Shown here in pieces: positions 23,770 to 32,507 of a DNA stretch of 43,846 nt. Within the stretch, counting starts at the first letter, position 1. Each line of letters begins with the position of its first letter. The position numbers and the translations under genes are program-made. The notes under the pieces were generated by a model. That model was given only the letters and a program-made list of their open reading frames with translations. It did no database searches and was not told the DNA's origin. Location: positions 1-43,846 of the forward strand of contig RFNJ01000124.1 of NCBI GenBank assembly GCA_009927255.1, read 5' to 3'. This DNA is from Pseudomonadota bacterium (GTDB lineage: Bacteria; Pseudomonadota; Alphaproteobacteria; UBA2136; UBA6156).

Positions 23770-24228
23770 CTAGTTAATCTCAACAATGTTATTTGCATGA
23801 ACCGTGCCGATAAGCGTGCTGCGGGTGGCGGGGTTCAGCACTTTAATCGTTTGGCCTACTTGGCCATCTTCCAGTGCGGTGCCGCTGCCGGTCAGTTCAA
23901 TCCCGCCACGGCTAAAGCGCAGTACCACGGCGGTGTTGCGCGCAATGGCGGGCGCCACGCGCAGGTGCAGTTTGCTAATCGGCTGGCCCGCAGCTAGGGG
24001 GCGCACCGCTTGCAAGCCCTCTATTTGCTGTGGTTGGGTTACGGTGCTGGCAAACACGCTGCCTGCGCTGGTGGCTTGCAGCATGATGTTTTCGGGCATA
24101 ATTGTTTGGCCTTTTTGCACCGCTTGCTTCAATACCGGCACGCTGATGGTCGGCAGCGGTGCCTCTGCCCAGCTGCTGCCCGCGCTGAACACCAGCAGCA
24201 GGGTGATGGGGATGTTGATGAGTTTCAT
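23770..24228 (-). CDS. flgA: Flagellar P-ring assembly chaperone FlgA
   Basis: Signal peptide, SAF-like domain, C-terminal GQTIKVLNPATRSTLIGTV. Confidence 0.8.
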   Translation of the reverse strand: MKLINIPITLLLVFSAGSSWAEAPLPTISVPVLKQAVQKGQTIMPENIMLQATSAGSVFASTVTQPQQIEGLQAVRPLAAGQPISKLHLRVAPAIARNTAVVLRFSRGGIELTGSGTALEDGQVGQTIKVLNPATRSTLIGTVHANNIVEIN

Positions 24229-24236
24229 GCGCCTGC

Positions 24237-24434
24237 CTACGACATTACAATCACGGGGATTGCCACCACCACAATGAAAATGGCCATTGCTGCGCGGAAA
24301 GTAAGCGTAACGGGTTCAGCCTGCTGGGTTAGGTCTTTCCAAGTTAGCAGGGCAAACACGCCGTCGCGTTGCAGCACGGTGGTTTCTTCGGGTTCGGAGT
24401 TGAGCCAGTTGATGGTTTTAGCAATCAGTTTCAT
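24237..24434 (-). CDS. Small hypothetical protein with C-terminal TM anchor (65 aa) between flgG and flgA
   Basis: An ORF in operon context whose stop lies 8 nt before the flgA ATG. C-terminal AAMAIFIVVVAIPVIVMS. No family recognised. Confidence 0.3.
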   Translation of the reverse strand: MKLIAKTINWLNSEPEETTVLQRDGVFALLTWKDLTQQAEPVTLTFRAAMAIFIVVVAIPVIVMS

Positions 24435-24528
24435 GGTGTTGTTCTTTCTGTGACGTTTGGCGTCACCCCTTATTCGGCCTTTGCTCCTAGCTATTTTGGG
24501 GCAAGGGTCTCCTCCTGCCTATTTATTA

Positions 24529-24544
24529 TGCAGGAGGCGTGCCA
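24529..24544 (-). promoter_or_regulatory. sigma54 -24/-12 promoter inside the flgG-flgA spacer (TGGCAC-GCCTC-CTGCA)
   Basis: The minus strand reads TTGGCACGCCTCCTGCAT. It overlaps the hairpin CCTCCTGC/GCAGGAGG. About an 84-nt leader runs to ATG 24434. Confidence 0.5.
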
Positions 24545-24590
24545 ACTTTCTCGTCACCCAGTTTAAGCTATTGTTTATTAATCCTTATTG

Positions 24591-25373
24591 TTAGCGGAGC
24601 TGGGTGAGGGTTGTCAGCATTTCATCGGCGGTGGAGATGACGCGGCTGTTAAGTTCATAGGCGCGCTGGGCGGTGATGAGGCGGGTAATGCTCTCAATTG
24701 CGTCCACGTTGCTGGTTTCTAGGAAGTTCTGGCTAAAGGTTCCGGCGCCATTTTCGCCCGCCGTTGCATCGGTGGCGGCGCTACTGGCTTCGGTTTCGCG
24801 GTAAAGATTATTCCCAATATTCTCCAATCCAGCTTCGTTGGTGAACATCGCCAATGTGAGTGTGCCAAGCTGGGTAACAACGTTATTTACTTTGGCGCTT
24901 ACCGTGCCGGTGGCAGTCACAGTGAAGTCGGTAGCATTGGTGGGCACGGTAATGGCGGGGTCAATCGGGTAACCATCTTTGGTCACAATCTGGCCGTCTT
25001 GGTTCAGTTGGAATGAGCCATCGCGGGTGTAGGCGGTGGTGCCATCCGGCATGGTGATGCGAAAGAACCCGCGCCCCGAAACCGCAAGGTCAAACTGGTT
25101 GCCAGTATTCTGCAAATTCCCCTGTTTCATCAGCTTATACACACTGCCCACACTCACGCCTAGGCCTACTTGCAGGCCGGTGGGAGCCAAGTTGCCCGCG
25201 CTGCTGGTAATCGCGCCAACGCCAATTTGGTTTTGGTAAACCAGGTCGTTAAAGGTGGGCATTTGCTGCTTAAAGCCGGTGGTGTTCAGGTTGGCAATGT
25301 TGTTCGAAAGCACGTCCACATTCAGCTGCTGGGCGTGCATGCCGGTGGCGGCGATTCGCAGGGCTTGCATCAT
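24591..25373 (-). CDS. flgG: Flagellar distal rod protein FlgG
   Basis: MMQALRIAATGM.AQQ..VDVLSNNIANLNTTGFK. C-terminal ITAQRAYELNSRVI. SD AAGGAG lies 8 nt upstream. Confidence 0.95.
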   Translation of the reverse strand: MMQALRIAATGMHAQQLNVDVLSNNIANLNTTGFKQQMPTFNDLVYQNQIGVGAITSSAGNLAPTGLQVGLGVSVGSVYKLMKQGNLQNTGNQFDLAVSGRGFFRITMPDGTTAYTRDGSFQLNQDGQIVTKDGYPIDPAITVPTNATDFTVTATGTVSAKVNNVVTQLGTLTLAMFTNEAGLENIGNNLYRETEASSAATDATAGENGAGTFSQNFLETSNVDAIESITRLITAQRAYELNSRVISTADEMLTTLTQLR

Positions 25374-25400
25374 GGTTTTAGGCTCCTTTTTTCATAGTCA

Positions 25401-26132
25401 TTATTGGCTGCCACCAAGGGTGCGGATGGCACGGCTTTCAAGTTCCGAAAGGCTTTGCAGGCTGCTCAGGCTGCTTTCATAAGCTTTGGAAACCATCTGC
25501 ATCGTCACCATTTCCTGCACCGCATTCACATTGCTGGCTTCAATGTAACCTTGGCGGATGATGGGCGTTTCCAGCGCCACCGGCCCACCACCGCTACCGG
25601 GCACAAAGGCGGTATTGCCCGCGCGTTGCAGGGTTTTCAGGCCTTCGGGGCTAAACTGATACACCCCAATTTGCGCCAGCTGGCCTTGCTCGGTGCTCAG
25701 CGTGCCATCATTGGCTAGCCGAATATTCCGCACTTCGGGCTGAAACTGGATGGGCGCCCCCGCATTATCCAGCACCGCATAACCTTCCGGCGTGCTCAGT
25801 TGCCCTTCGGCATTCAGCACAAATTGGCCTTTGCGGGTGTACTGGGTGGTGCCATTCACCTCAATCGCAAAAAAGCCGGGGCCACTAATTGCGGCATCCA
25901 GCGGGTTGCCAGTTTGCTGCAACGCACCGTCGGTTTGGTTAAGGCTGATAGAACGGTCTTGCACATAACTAAGCCCGCGCGATTGCGGATTCTGGCGGCT
26001 CAGTACCTCTTTAAAATCCATTTCAATCCGCCGGTAGCCCGCAGTGTTCACGTTGGCCACGTTATCGGCCACCGCGTTAAATTGGTTGCGCATGGTAAGC
26101 GCACGAGAGGCGAGGACGGCGATTTCTTGCAT
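25401..26132 (-). CDS. flgF: Flagellar proximal rod protein FlgF
   Basis: Track ORF trimmed to MQEIAVLASRALTMRNQFNAVADNVANVNTAGYRR. C-terminal rod-protein helix. Confidence 0.85.
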   Translation of the reverse strand: MQEIAVLASRALTMRNQFNAVADNVANVNTAGYRRIEMDFKEVLSRQNPQSRGLSYVQDRSISLNQTDGALQQTGNPLDAAISGPGFFAIEVNGTTQYTRKGQFVLNAEGQLSTPEGYAVLDNAGAPIQFQPEVRNIRLANDGTLSTEQGQLAQIGVYQFSPEGLKTLQRAGNTAFVPGSGGGPVALETPIIRQGYIEASNVNAVQEMVTMQMVSKAYESSLSSLQSLSELESRAIRTLGGSQ

Positions 26133-26143
26133 GCCCTGTGTAA

Positions 26144-26159
26144 TGCAACAGCCGTGCCA
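26144..26159 (-). promoter_or_regulatory. sigma54 -24/-12 promoter for flgF (TGGCAC-GGCTG-TTGCA, full consensus)
   Basis: The minus strand reads TTGGCACGGCTGTTGCATTACACAGGGC-ATG, with 12 nt from the C of GC to the flgF ATG. Confidence 0.75.
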
Positions 26160-26220
26160 AGATGGTGACACACTCGCCACAGGCGGCATTACGCGCCATG
26201 TGGCTACCGCAACAAAAGGG

Positions 26221-26239
26221 TTGTGCTGCGGCAGCACAA
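26221..26239. promoter_or_regulatory. Perfect 19-bp palindrome TTGTGCTGC-G-GCAGCACAA, candidate enhancer-binding-protein or repressor site
   Basis: 9-bp perfect arms. It lies about 60 bp upstream of the flgF -24 element, in the divergent flgF / GGDEF-like spacer. Confidence 0.4.
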
Positions 26240-26296
26240 AAGGCACAATGGCGACAATCTAACCCCTGAAAAAACAACGAACAAAAAGTGCTCTGC

Positions 26297-27025
26297 ATGA
26301 AAGACGCCCCCGCGATTCTGCACGATATTCGCACCATCCGCGACATTGAAAGCAGCCTTGAGGAAGCCGAAACCTTTATTGGCCGCGTAAAAGCCAACAA
26401 GGTGCGCCTCACCCTTAACAACGGCAATATCTCTATCTCGCGTGAAGAAATGGCCAAAATTACCGACTTGGTGATAACGCTCGAACGCAGCGGCAAAGCT
26501 TTAGAAAGCGCCGTGCGCTACCTGCGTGAACTGATGGCCTATGATGAAGTGACCCAACTGTTCAGCCGCCGCTACTTGTTTCATTTGCTGGAAAAAGAGC
26601 TGCACCGCGCCCAACGCTACGACAACCCCTTCGCCATTCTGGCCTTTGAGATCGACCCCTTCAGCCACAACCCCGAACTGAAGCACCTGCCGCAAGACGA
26701 CCAAAACCTGCTAATGGCCGAAGCCGCCCGCGTGGTGCGCAAGTTTATCCGCGATAGCGACAGCGGCGGCCGCACCGGCGAGCGCACCATTATGCTGCTG
26801 CTACCCGAAACCGATGCCAAAGGCGCCCTGGTGCTGGGTGAAAGAATCCGCAAAAGTATTGATAAAACCTACGATTTAAGCATCGGTAAAACCCCCATGA
26901 CGGTCGTGGGCGGCATTGTTGAAAGCGCCGACCCCGCCGCCACCGATATGGCCGGATTACTGTATTTGGTAGACCAAAAACTAACGGAAGCCCGCGCCAA
27001 AGGGCCCAATGTGATTGTCAAATAG
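26297..27025 (+). CDS. Degenerate GGDEF-domain protein (signature GGDEF replaced by TGERT)
   Basis: YDEVTQLFSRRYL...RAQRYDNPFAILAFEID...DSGGRTGERTIMLLLPET is the GGDEF fold with a non-canonical active site. ATG 26297 is preferred over GTG 26288. Confidence 0.7.
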   Translation: MKDAPAILHDIRTIRDIESSLEEAETFIGRVKANKVRLTLNNGNISISREEMAKITDLVITLERSGKALESAVRYLRELMAYDEVTQLFSRRYLFHLLEKELHRAQRYDNPFAILAFEIDPFSHNPELKHLPQDDQNLLMAEAARVVRKFIRDSDSGGRTGERTIMLLLPETDAKGALVLGERIRKSIDKTYDLSIGKTPMTVVGGIVESADPAATDMAGLLYLVDQKLTEARAKGPNVIVK

Positions 27026-27091
27026 CATGGGGGCGGCGCACTGTCAGCGGTGGCGTCAGCTTCTGGTTGCTTGCATGGGGATAAGCGATTG

Positions 27092-29218
27092 ATGGAAAAA
27101 GACAGTGCCTTGGCGCAATTGGTTTTATTTGGCGCACCGGATGTTTTGCAAAAAGCCACCGGCTTTCTGCGTGCTGGCGGCGGCGCGTGGAGCACCATCC
27201 AACCCACCACCGTGTCCCATGTTAGCCAAATTACCCAACAAGCCAAAGCGGCAGCCCAAAACCCCGATAGCGAGCCAGTCGTGGCCCTGATTGCCGCCCA
27301 ACACGCCGATGAAACATTGAAAAACTGGCTCGATGAAGCCAGTAAGTTCGGTAATTTGGCAGTTGTCATGCTTAGTGACGCCGCCGATGTCACCGAAGCC
27401 GCCATTCTGCGCGGCCAGCCGGTGGTGCTGGCAGTGCGCGACATGACCCCCATTTTGCTGAACGACAGCCTGCGCTTAGCTCTTGAATTCCAGCATCTTA
27501 AGCACCAACAGCGCGGCATGCAGCAACATTTCGATTTGGCCGAAGCCCGCTTCCGCGATATGGCCGAACTCTTTGCCGACTGGCTCTGGGAAATCGATAG
27601 CCAGCTGCGCCTTACCTTCAGCAGCACCCGTAAACGCCCCGCCCAAGGCGCCACCAAGGGTAGCCTGCTCACCGCCAGCTTTTTGCCAGAAGAAAAGTTG
27701 CGAATTGAAGACGACTTTGCCGAACTGCTCCGCAGCCCACGCCCCTTCCATGACCGCGATTACTGGAGCGCCGACCCCTACGGCAGCCGCATTTGCTGGA
27801 GCGTCTCCGGCGTGCCGGTGCAAGGCGGCAATGGTGAGTTACTTGGATTTCGCGGCATTGCCCGCGATATCTCCAACATCAAAGCCTCCACCGACCAAAT
27901 TTACTATCTGGTCAATCACGATGCCCTCACCGGCGTAATGAACCGCCAACGCTGCCAAGACGAACTGGTGCGCACCCTGCGCAGCGCCAAGCGCGAAAAA
28001 CGCAGCGGCGCACTCCTCATGATGGACCTCGACCGCTTCGGCTACGTCAACCAAACCTACGGCCACTTGGTGGGCGATAAACTGCTCATCCACTTCGCCC
28101 AAGTGCTCAAAGACAACGTCCGCAGTGGCGATTTGGTCGCGCGATTGGATGGCGACCAATTCGCCGTGCTGTTGCGCGACGTCCGCCCCGAAGATGTGGA
28201 AAACCGCCTTGAGCGCTTGCAAAGTGCAATTGCGAGCCGCCCAATGCCCACCGAGCAAGCGACCGTCACCCTCAGCGTCTCCGGCGGCGTCGCCATCTAC
28301 CCACACGATTCCGACAATGCCGATGAACTTTTGGCCAAAGCGCTAGATGCACTCTCCCTGGCCAAGCAGCGCGGCCCCCGCCGGTTTGAACGCTTCGACG
28401 CCGCCAACACCACCGCCAAAGCTGCTGGCGGGCAAATGGAATGGGTGGAAATGTTGAACGAGTGCTTGAACAACCACGAAACCCGCTTGGTGCTCTATTA
28501 CCAACCCATCGTGCCGCTGGTGGGGCCAGCGTTAAAGGAAAAAGCCGAACACTACGAAGTGCTGCTCCGCCTTGCCGACCGCGACGGCAACATGCTGGCG
28601 CCGAGCAAGTTTATCTCCACCGCCGAAGAATTTGGCTTGGTGGCCAAAATCGACCATCTGGTAACAACCCGCGCGATAGATATGCTGAAAATCTGGCACG
28701 AACAAGGCCGCCAAGTGCACCTAAGCGTCAACTTATCCGGCAAAACCTTTGACGATAAAAACTTCTTAAACGTTATCAAACAATATCTCACGGAAGCTAA
28801 TCTGCCAAAGAAAGCTCTGATATTTGAAATCACCGAAACCGCCCTGCTGCGCGACTTACAACTGGTGAAGAAATTCATGACCGAAATGCGCGAAGCCGGC
28901 GCCGGTTTTGCCCTCGATGACTGCGGTGTTGGCTACTCCAGCTTCAACTACATCCGCCAACTGGAACTGGATTTTATCAAAATTGATGGCAGCTTCATCC
29001 GCAATCTGCACCTGAACAATGACGACCAAGCCTTTGTCAAAGCACTGGCCGATGTTGCCCGTCAAAAGAACATCTCAACGGTAGCAGAAATGGTCGAGCA
29101 CGAAGGCGCGATGATCGCCCTGCAACAATTGGGAATTGACTTCGGCCAAGGCTTCTTCTTCGCCCCTCCGGCTGCCGAATTATCTGTACAGGGTTGGACT
29201 AAAAAGTTTGTAAATTAA
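27092..29218 (+). CDS. REC-like / PAS / degenerate GGDEF (DGDQF) / EAL multidomain c-di-GMP protein
   Basis: HDALTGVMNR...RLDGDQFAVLL. The EAL domain has YEVLLRL, EITET, DDCGVGYSS, KIDGSFI and QGFFF. Confidence 0.85.
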   Translation: MEKDSALAQLVLFGAPDVLQKATGFLRAGGGAWSTIQPTTVSHVSQITQQAKAAAQNPDSEPVVALIAAQHADETLKNWLDEASKFGNLAVVMLSDAADVTEAAILRGQPVVLAVRDMTPILLNDSLRLALEFQHLKHQQRGMQQHFDLAEARFRDMAELFADWLWEIDSQLRLTFSSTRKRPAQGATKGSLLTASFLPEEKLRIEDDFAELLRSPRPFHDRDYWSADPYGSRICWSVSGVPVQGGNGELLGFRGIARDISNIKASTDQIYYLVNHDALTGVMNRQRCQDELVRTLRSAKREKRSGALLMMDLDRFGYVNQTYGHLVGDKLLIHFAQVLKDNVRSGDLVARLDGDQFAVLLRDVRPEDVENRLERLQSAIASRPMPTEQATVTLSVSGGVAIYPHDSDNADELLAKALDALSLAKQRGPRRFERFDAANTTAKAAGGQMEWVEMLNECLNNHETRLVLYYQPIVPLVGPALKEKAEHYEVLLRLADRDGNMLAPSKFISTAEEFGLVAKIDHLVTTRAIDMLKIWHEQGRQVHLSVNLSGKTFDDKNFLNVIKQYLTEANLPKKALIFEITETALLRDLQLVKKFMTEMREAGAGFALDDCGVGYSSFNYIRQLELDFIKIDGSFIRNLHLNNDDQAFVKALADVARQKNISTVAEMVEHEGAMIALQQLGIDFGQGFFFAPPAAELSVQGWTKKFVN

Positions 29219-29245
29219 TCTAACTTACAATTATAAATATTTGAA

Positions 29246-30064
29246 TTAAAATATATCTTTAATTCCTTCACCAACCCGTTTCGCCCAGGATTTTTCGCCT
29301 CCCTTGGGGGCAAGGTTTTGGGCGGTGAGGAGGCCGTAGGCTTTTTGGTACCAGGGGCTGGCGGGGTAGTTGTAGCCTAAAATGGCAGCGGCGCGGGTGG
29401 CTTCGTCGGTGACGCCCAAGGTGAGGTAGGATTCGGTGATGCGGTAGAGGGCTTCGGGCGTTTGCGCGCTGGTTTGGTAGGCGCGGACGACCTCGCGGAA
29501 GCGGTTGATGGCGGCCAAGTGCTGGCCTTGGGTTTGATAGAACCGTGCCACCGCCATTTCTTTGCCGGCCAAGTGGTCTTCGCACAGGGTGATTTTCAGT
29601 TTGGCGTCGCGGGCGTAGATGCTGTTGGGGTAGCGGCTGACCACTTCTTGGAAGGCTTCCAATGCATCGCGGGTGTGGCCTTGGTCGCGGTTGACATCGG
29701 TCATGCGGTAATAGTGGTTGAGGCCCTTCAGATAGAACATATAATCGAGGTTTTGGTGGCCGGGGTGGAGTTTGATGAATCTTTCGGCGGTGAGGATGGA
29801 TTCTTCGTGGTCGCCCTTAATCAGCTGCGCATAGGCGGTGAGGATTTGGCCGCGGGTGGCCCAGCCGCTGTAGGGATATTGGCGTTCCAGCTCACTAAAA
29901 TTATGCACGGCGGTGTCATACTTTTTCTCAATCAGCGCATCGAGGCCGTCGTTATACAGCGTGCCGACGGTGCCGGTGAGGTCGCCTTCTTGCGGGCCGC
30001 TGGCGCAAGCGGTGAGCGTTGTTGCAGCGAGGAGAGCGAAGGCGAGGCGGAGATTGTTTTTCAT
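29246..30064 (-). CDS. bamD: Outer membrane protein assembly factor BamD
   Basis: Trimmed to MKNNLRLAFALLAATTLTAC (lipobox). TPR-like repeats; YPYS and RYPNS motifs. Confidence 0.85.
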   Translation of the reverse strand: MKNNLRLAFALLAATTLTACASGPQEGDLTGTVGTLYNDGLDALIEKKYDTAVHNFSELERQYPYSGWATRGQILTAYAQLIKGDHEESILTAERFIKLHPGHQNLDYMFYLKGLNHYYRMTDVNRDQGHTRDALEAFQEVVSRYPNSIYARDAKLKITLCEDHLAGKEMAVARFYQTQGQHLAAINRFREVVRAYQTSAQTPEALYRITESYLTLGVTDEATRAAAILGYNYPASPWYQKAYGLLTAQNLAPKGGEKSWAKRVGEGIKDIF

Positions 30065-31020
30065 GCCCCTAGACTGCCGTAACTGTGCAGGCCCGACAAG
30101 AACATATTGACGCCAATATAACAAAACAGCGTGGCGGCGAAGCCCACCAGTAGCCACCATGCCAGCACCGCAGGATTGGGCTTACGGGTAAGGCGGGTGT
30201 GCAGATAGGCGGCGTAGACCAGCCAGACGATGAGGGCCCAGGTTTCTTTGGGGTCCCAGCTCCAGTAGCCGCCCCAGGCTTGATAGGCCCAGATGCAGCC
30301 GAGCAAAATGGCCAGCGAGAACATCGGGAAGCCGATGCGGATGGCGTTGTAGCCGATTTTTTCGAGCACCGGCACGCTGGGCAGTTTGCTTGCGGTTTTG
30401 GTTTTATCGGCGCGGAGGCGCAGGAGCATCCCCGCCCCTGCTGCTGCGCCGATGGCGAAGCAGCCGTAGCCGATGAAGTTGGCGAGGACGTGGAGTGGCA
30501 GGATGCTGTTTTTCAGCGCGGGAACCAGTTCTTGCGGCGTGGCGGCGCCGATGCTGGCCAGCCAGGCCATGAACAGGGCGGCGGCGGCGAGGATGGGGCT
30601 TATCAGGGGGAGGAGTTTGCCGTTGGGGGTGTGGGTTGTGTCAAAAACCAAGGCCAGCGTGCCGGTGATGGCGAGAGTGAGGACGGAGACTTCGTAGAGG
30701 TTGCTCATCCCCCAATGGCCGCTGCTAAGGACTTGCGCGGCTTCCCACGGAATGGCGATGGCCATACCGCCGCTGATGCCGGTGGCGGCGAGCAGCAGCC
30801 ACCAACTGAGTTCGGATAGTTTGGGCCAATACATTCCCAGCATGGCGAGGGCGGCGGAGAGCACGAATAATATTGCGAGCGGTGCCGTGAGGGCAATGGA
30901 GAGCAGCGTGGCGGGGTTGGTGGTAGTGCTGAGGTTGGGTTGGGCGAGCACGAGCAGCGCAAAGGTGGCGATGCTAAGGATGGCCACTTGGGCGAGGATG
31001 AGCAGCGTAACGCGCTTCAT
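30061..31020 (-). CDS. Cytochrome c assembly family protein (CcsA/YpjD-like)
   Basis: Polytopic, with the Trp-rich motif WGGYWSWDPKETWALIVWLVYAAYLH. Its stop overlaps the bamD ATG. Confidence 0.75.
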   Translation of the reverse strand: MKRVTLLILAQVAILSIATFALLVLAQPNLSTTTNPATLLSIALTAPLAILFVLSAALAMLGMYWPKLSELSWWLLLAATGISGGMAIAIPWEAAQVLSSGHWGMSNLYEVSVLTLAITGTLALVFDTTHTPNGKLLPLISPILAAAALFMAWLASIGAATPQELVPALKNSILPLHVLANFIGYGCFAIGAAAGAGMLLRLRADKTKTASKLPSVPVLEKIGYNAIRIGFPMFSLAILLGCIWAYQAWGGYWSWDPKETWALIVWLVYAAYLHTRLTRKPNPAVLAWWLLVGFAATLFCYIGVNMFLSGLHSYGSLGA

Positions 31021-31026
31021 GGCCGC

Positions 31027-31815
31027 TTAAGAGTAGAATTTGTAGGCGTTGCGGCCGGCTTTTTTCACCGCATACATCGTTTCATCGGCGGCGTGCATCA
31101 GGGCCTCCACCGTGGCGCCATCCTGCGGGGCAACGGTGATGCCGATGCTGGCGCCGAGCTTAATGCGCACATCGTTCACCCAGATGGGTTCGTTGATGAG
31201 TTCTAGCACTTTTTTGGCGCGTTCTTCAATCAGTGCTTTATCGGTCAGGCCGTAGAAGGCGATGAGGAATTCATCGCCGCCCAAACGGGCCACCGTATCG
31301 TTATCGCGAACGCAGGCGAGGAACAATTCGGCGACTTTTTTGAGCACGGCGTCGCCCATTTCGTGGCCGTATTGGTCGTTAACCGGCTTAAATTTATCAA
31401 GGTCGAGGTAAAACAACGCCAGTGGTTGGTTGCGTTTGAAGGCGTTATCGAGCTTTTGCAGAATGCCGCGACGGTTGGCGAGGCCGGTCAGGGGGTCGGT
31501 GTTCGCTTGCTGGGTGGCTTTGTCGTGGCGGCCAAGGCGGTTGATGGCGGCTGCCAGCGTGCCGAGTTCATCGGTGCGGGTGGTGGGGAGAGGGTCCGGC
31601 AGCACGCCGCTTTCGACTTTTTCTGCCGTGATGCGGATTTGGTTGATGAATTTGGCGTCGCTGCTGGCGTTGCTGAAGATAATCCCCAGTGTGCCCACGG
31701 CGGCCACCAGCCAGCCGACCAATGGGCCGACGGCGAACATGAGGGCGGCGCCCACCACCAATGCGGCGGCGACGGGAATGAGATAACGCTGGATGAAGGG
31801 GTTCATGGATGGCAA
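31027..31815 (-). CDS. Membrane-anchored diguanylate cyclase (intact GGDEF, RxxD I-site)
   Basis: Two N-terminal TM helices. DPLTGLANRR and RDNDTVARLGGDEF. Confidence 0.85.
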   Translation of the reverse strand: MPSMNPFIQRYLIPVAAALVVGAALMFAVGPLVGWLVAAVGTLGIIFSNASSDAKFINQIRITAEKVESGVLPDPLPTTRTDELGTLAAAINRLGRHDKATQQANTDPLTGLANRRGILQKLDNAFKRNQPLALFYLDLDKFKPVNDQYGHEMGDAVLKKVAELFLACVRDNDTVARLGGDEFLIAFYGLTDKALIEERAKKVLELINEPIWVNDVRIKLGASIGITVAPQDGATVEALMHAADETMYAVKKAGRNAYKFYS

Positions 31816-31897
31816 GATTAGGGGTAATTTGGGGCTTCGGCAAGGGTGGGAGGTGTGGAAGATGTTGATTTGGTGGGCGCATGGCCACTACCTATGT

Positions 31898-31926
31898 AAA
31901 AATGGCCGGATACTTCCGGCCATTTT
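31898..31926 (-). terminator. Rho-independent terminator after hsp20
   Basis: AAAATGGCCGGA-TACT-TCCGGCCATTTT. Perfect stem; a T-run follows on the minus strand. Confidence 0.7.
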
Positions 31927-31945
31927 AGCAGGCTTGTGTAGCTTG

Positions 31946-32419
31946 CTACTTCTTCCCCACGCCCTTCACCGCCACCTTCTTCACCTCAATTTTCGCCGCA
32001 TCGGGCTTGGGCAAATGCAGGTGCAGCACGCCATCGGCAAAAGTGGCCTCCACCTTGTCGTTCTCCGGCGTAAACGGCAAGGTTAGCACGCGGGCAAAGC
32101 TTCCGCTGCTGCGCTCCGCCACATGCCACGTCTTGTCTTTGCTTTCGCGCACTTCTTCGCGCTGGGCCTTAATGCTCAGCACTTTGCCATCCAGTTGCAC
32201 GTCAATGTCGCTTTCTTTCACCCCGGGCAGATCGGCCTTAATCTCCAGCCCGTCTTTGGTTTCAGCCACATCCAGCCGTGGCGCCAAGGCACCAGCCGCG
32301 CCACCTTCCGCCAACGGAAACCCTCGAGCAAAGGTGTCAAACACTCTCTCAAATTCGCCAAACACATCGGCCAACCCATCATTGCGCCGCATCAGCGGGG
32401 CTACTTGAAACATTCTCAT
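31946..32419 (-). CDS. Hsp20/alpha-crystallin family small heat-shock protein
   Basis: P.LDV.ETKDGLEIKADLPGVKESDIDVQL....L.I.A and R.L.LPF...DKVEA.F.DGVL.L.LPK. Start MRMFQ, with an AGGA SD about 8 nt upstream. Confidence 0.9.
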   Translation of the reverse strand: MRMFQVAPLMRRNDGLADVFGEFERVFDTFARGFPLAEGGAAGALAPRLDVAETKDGLEIKADLPGVKESDIDVQLDGKVLSIKAQREEVRESKDKTWHVAERSSGSFARVLTLPFTPENDKVEATFADGVLHLHLPKPDAAKIEVKKVAVKGVGKK

Positions 32420-32464
32420 CGTCTTATCCTTTCCTTTATGTTCTTCCTCAAGCGCTAATCCCAA

Positions 32465-32491
32465 TTAGCACTCTCATATATATAGTGATAA
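32465..32491. promoter_or_regulatory. CIRCE-like inverted repeat 1 (TTAGCACTC-N9-TAGTGATAA)
   Basis: The left arm is identical to the CIRCE consensus TTAGCACTC. The right arm matches GAGTGCTAA at 7/9. Lies in the hsp20 5' region. Confidence 0.5.
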
Positions 32492-32507
32492 TAAAAATGT
32501 CATTTGT

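Noticed and set aside
24851-24868. TGGCAC hexamers inside coding regions (for example in flgG at 24862-24867, flgF near 25695, flgK near 16228)
   Set aside because: None has a GC dinucleotide at the required -12 spacing, and all lie within genes.
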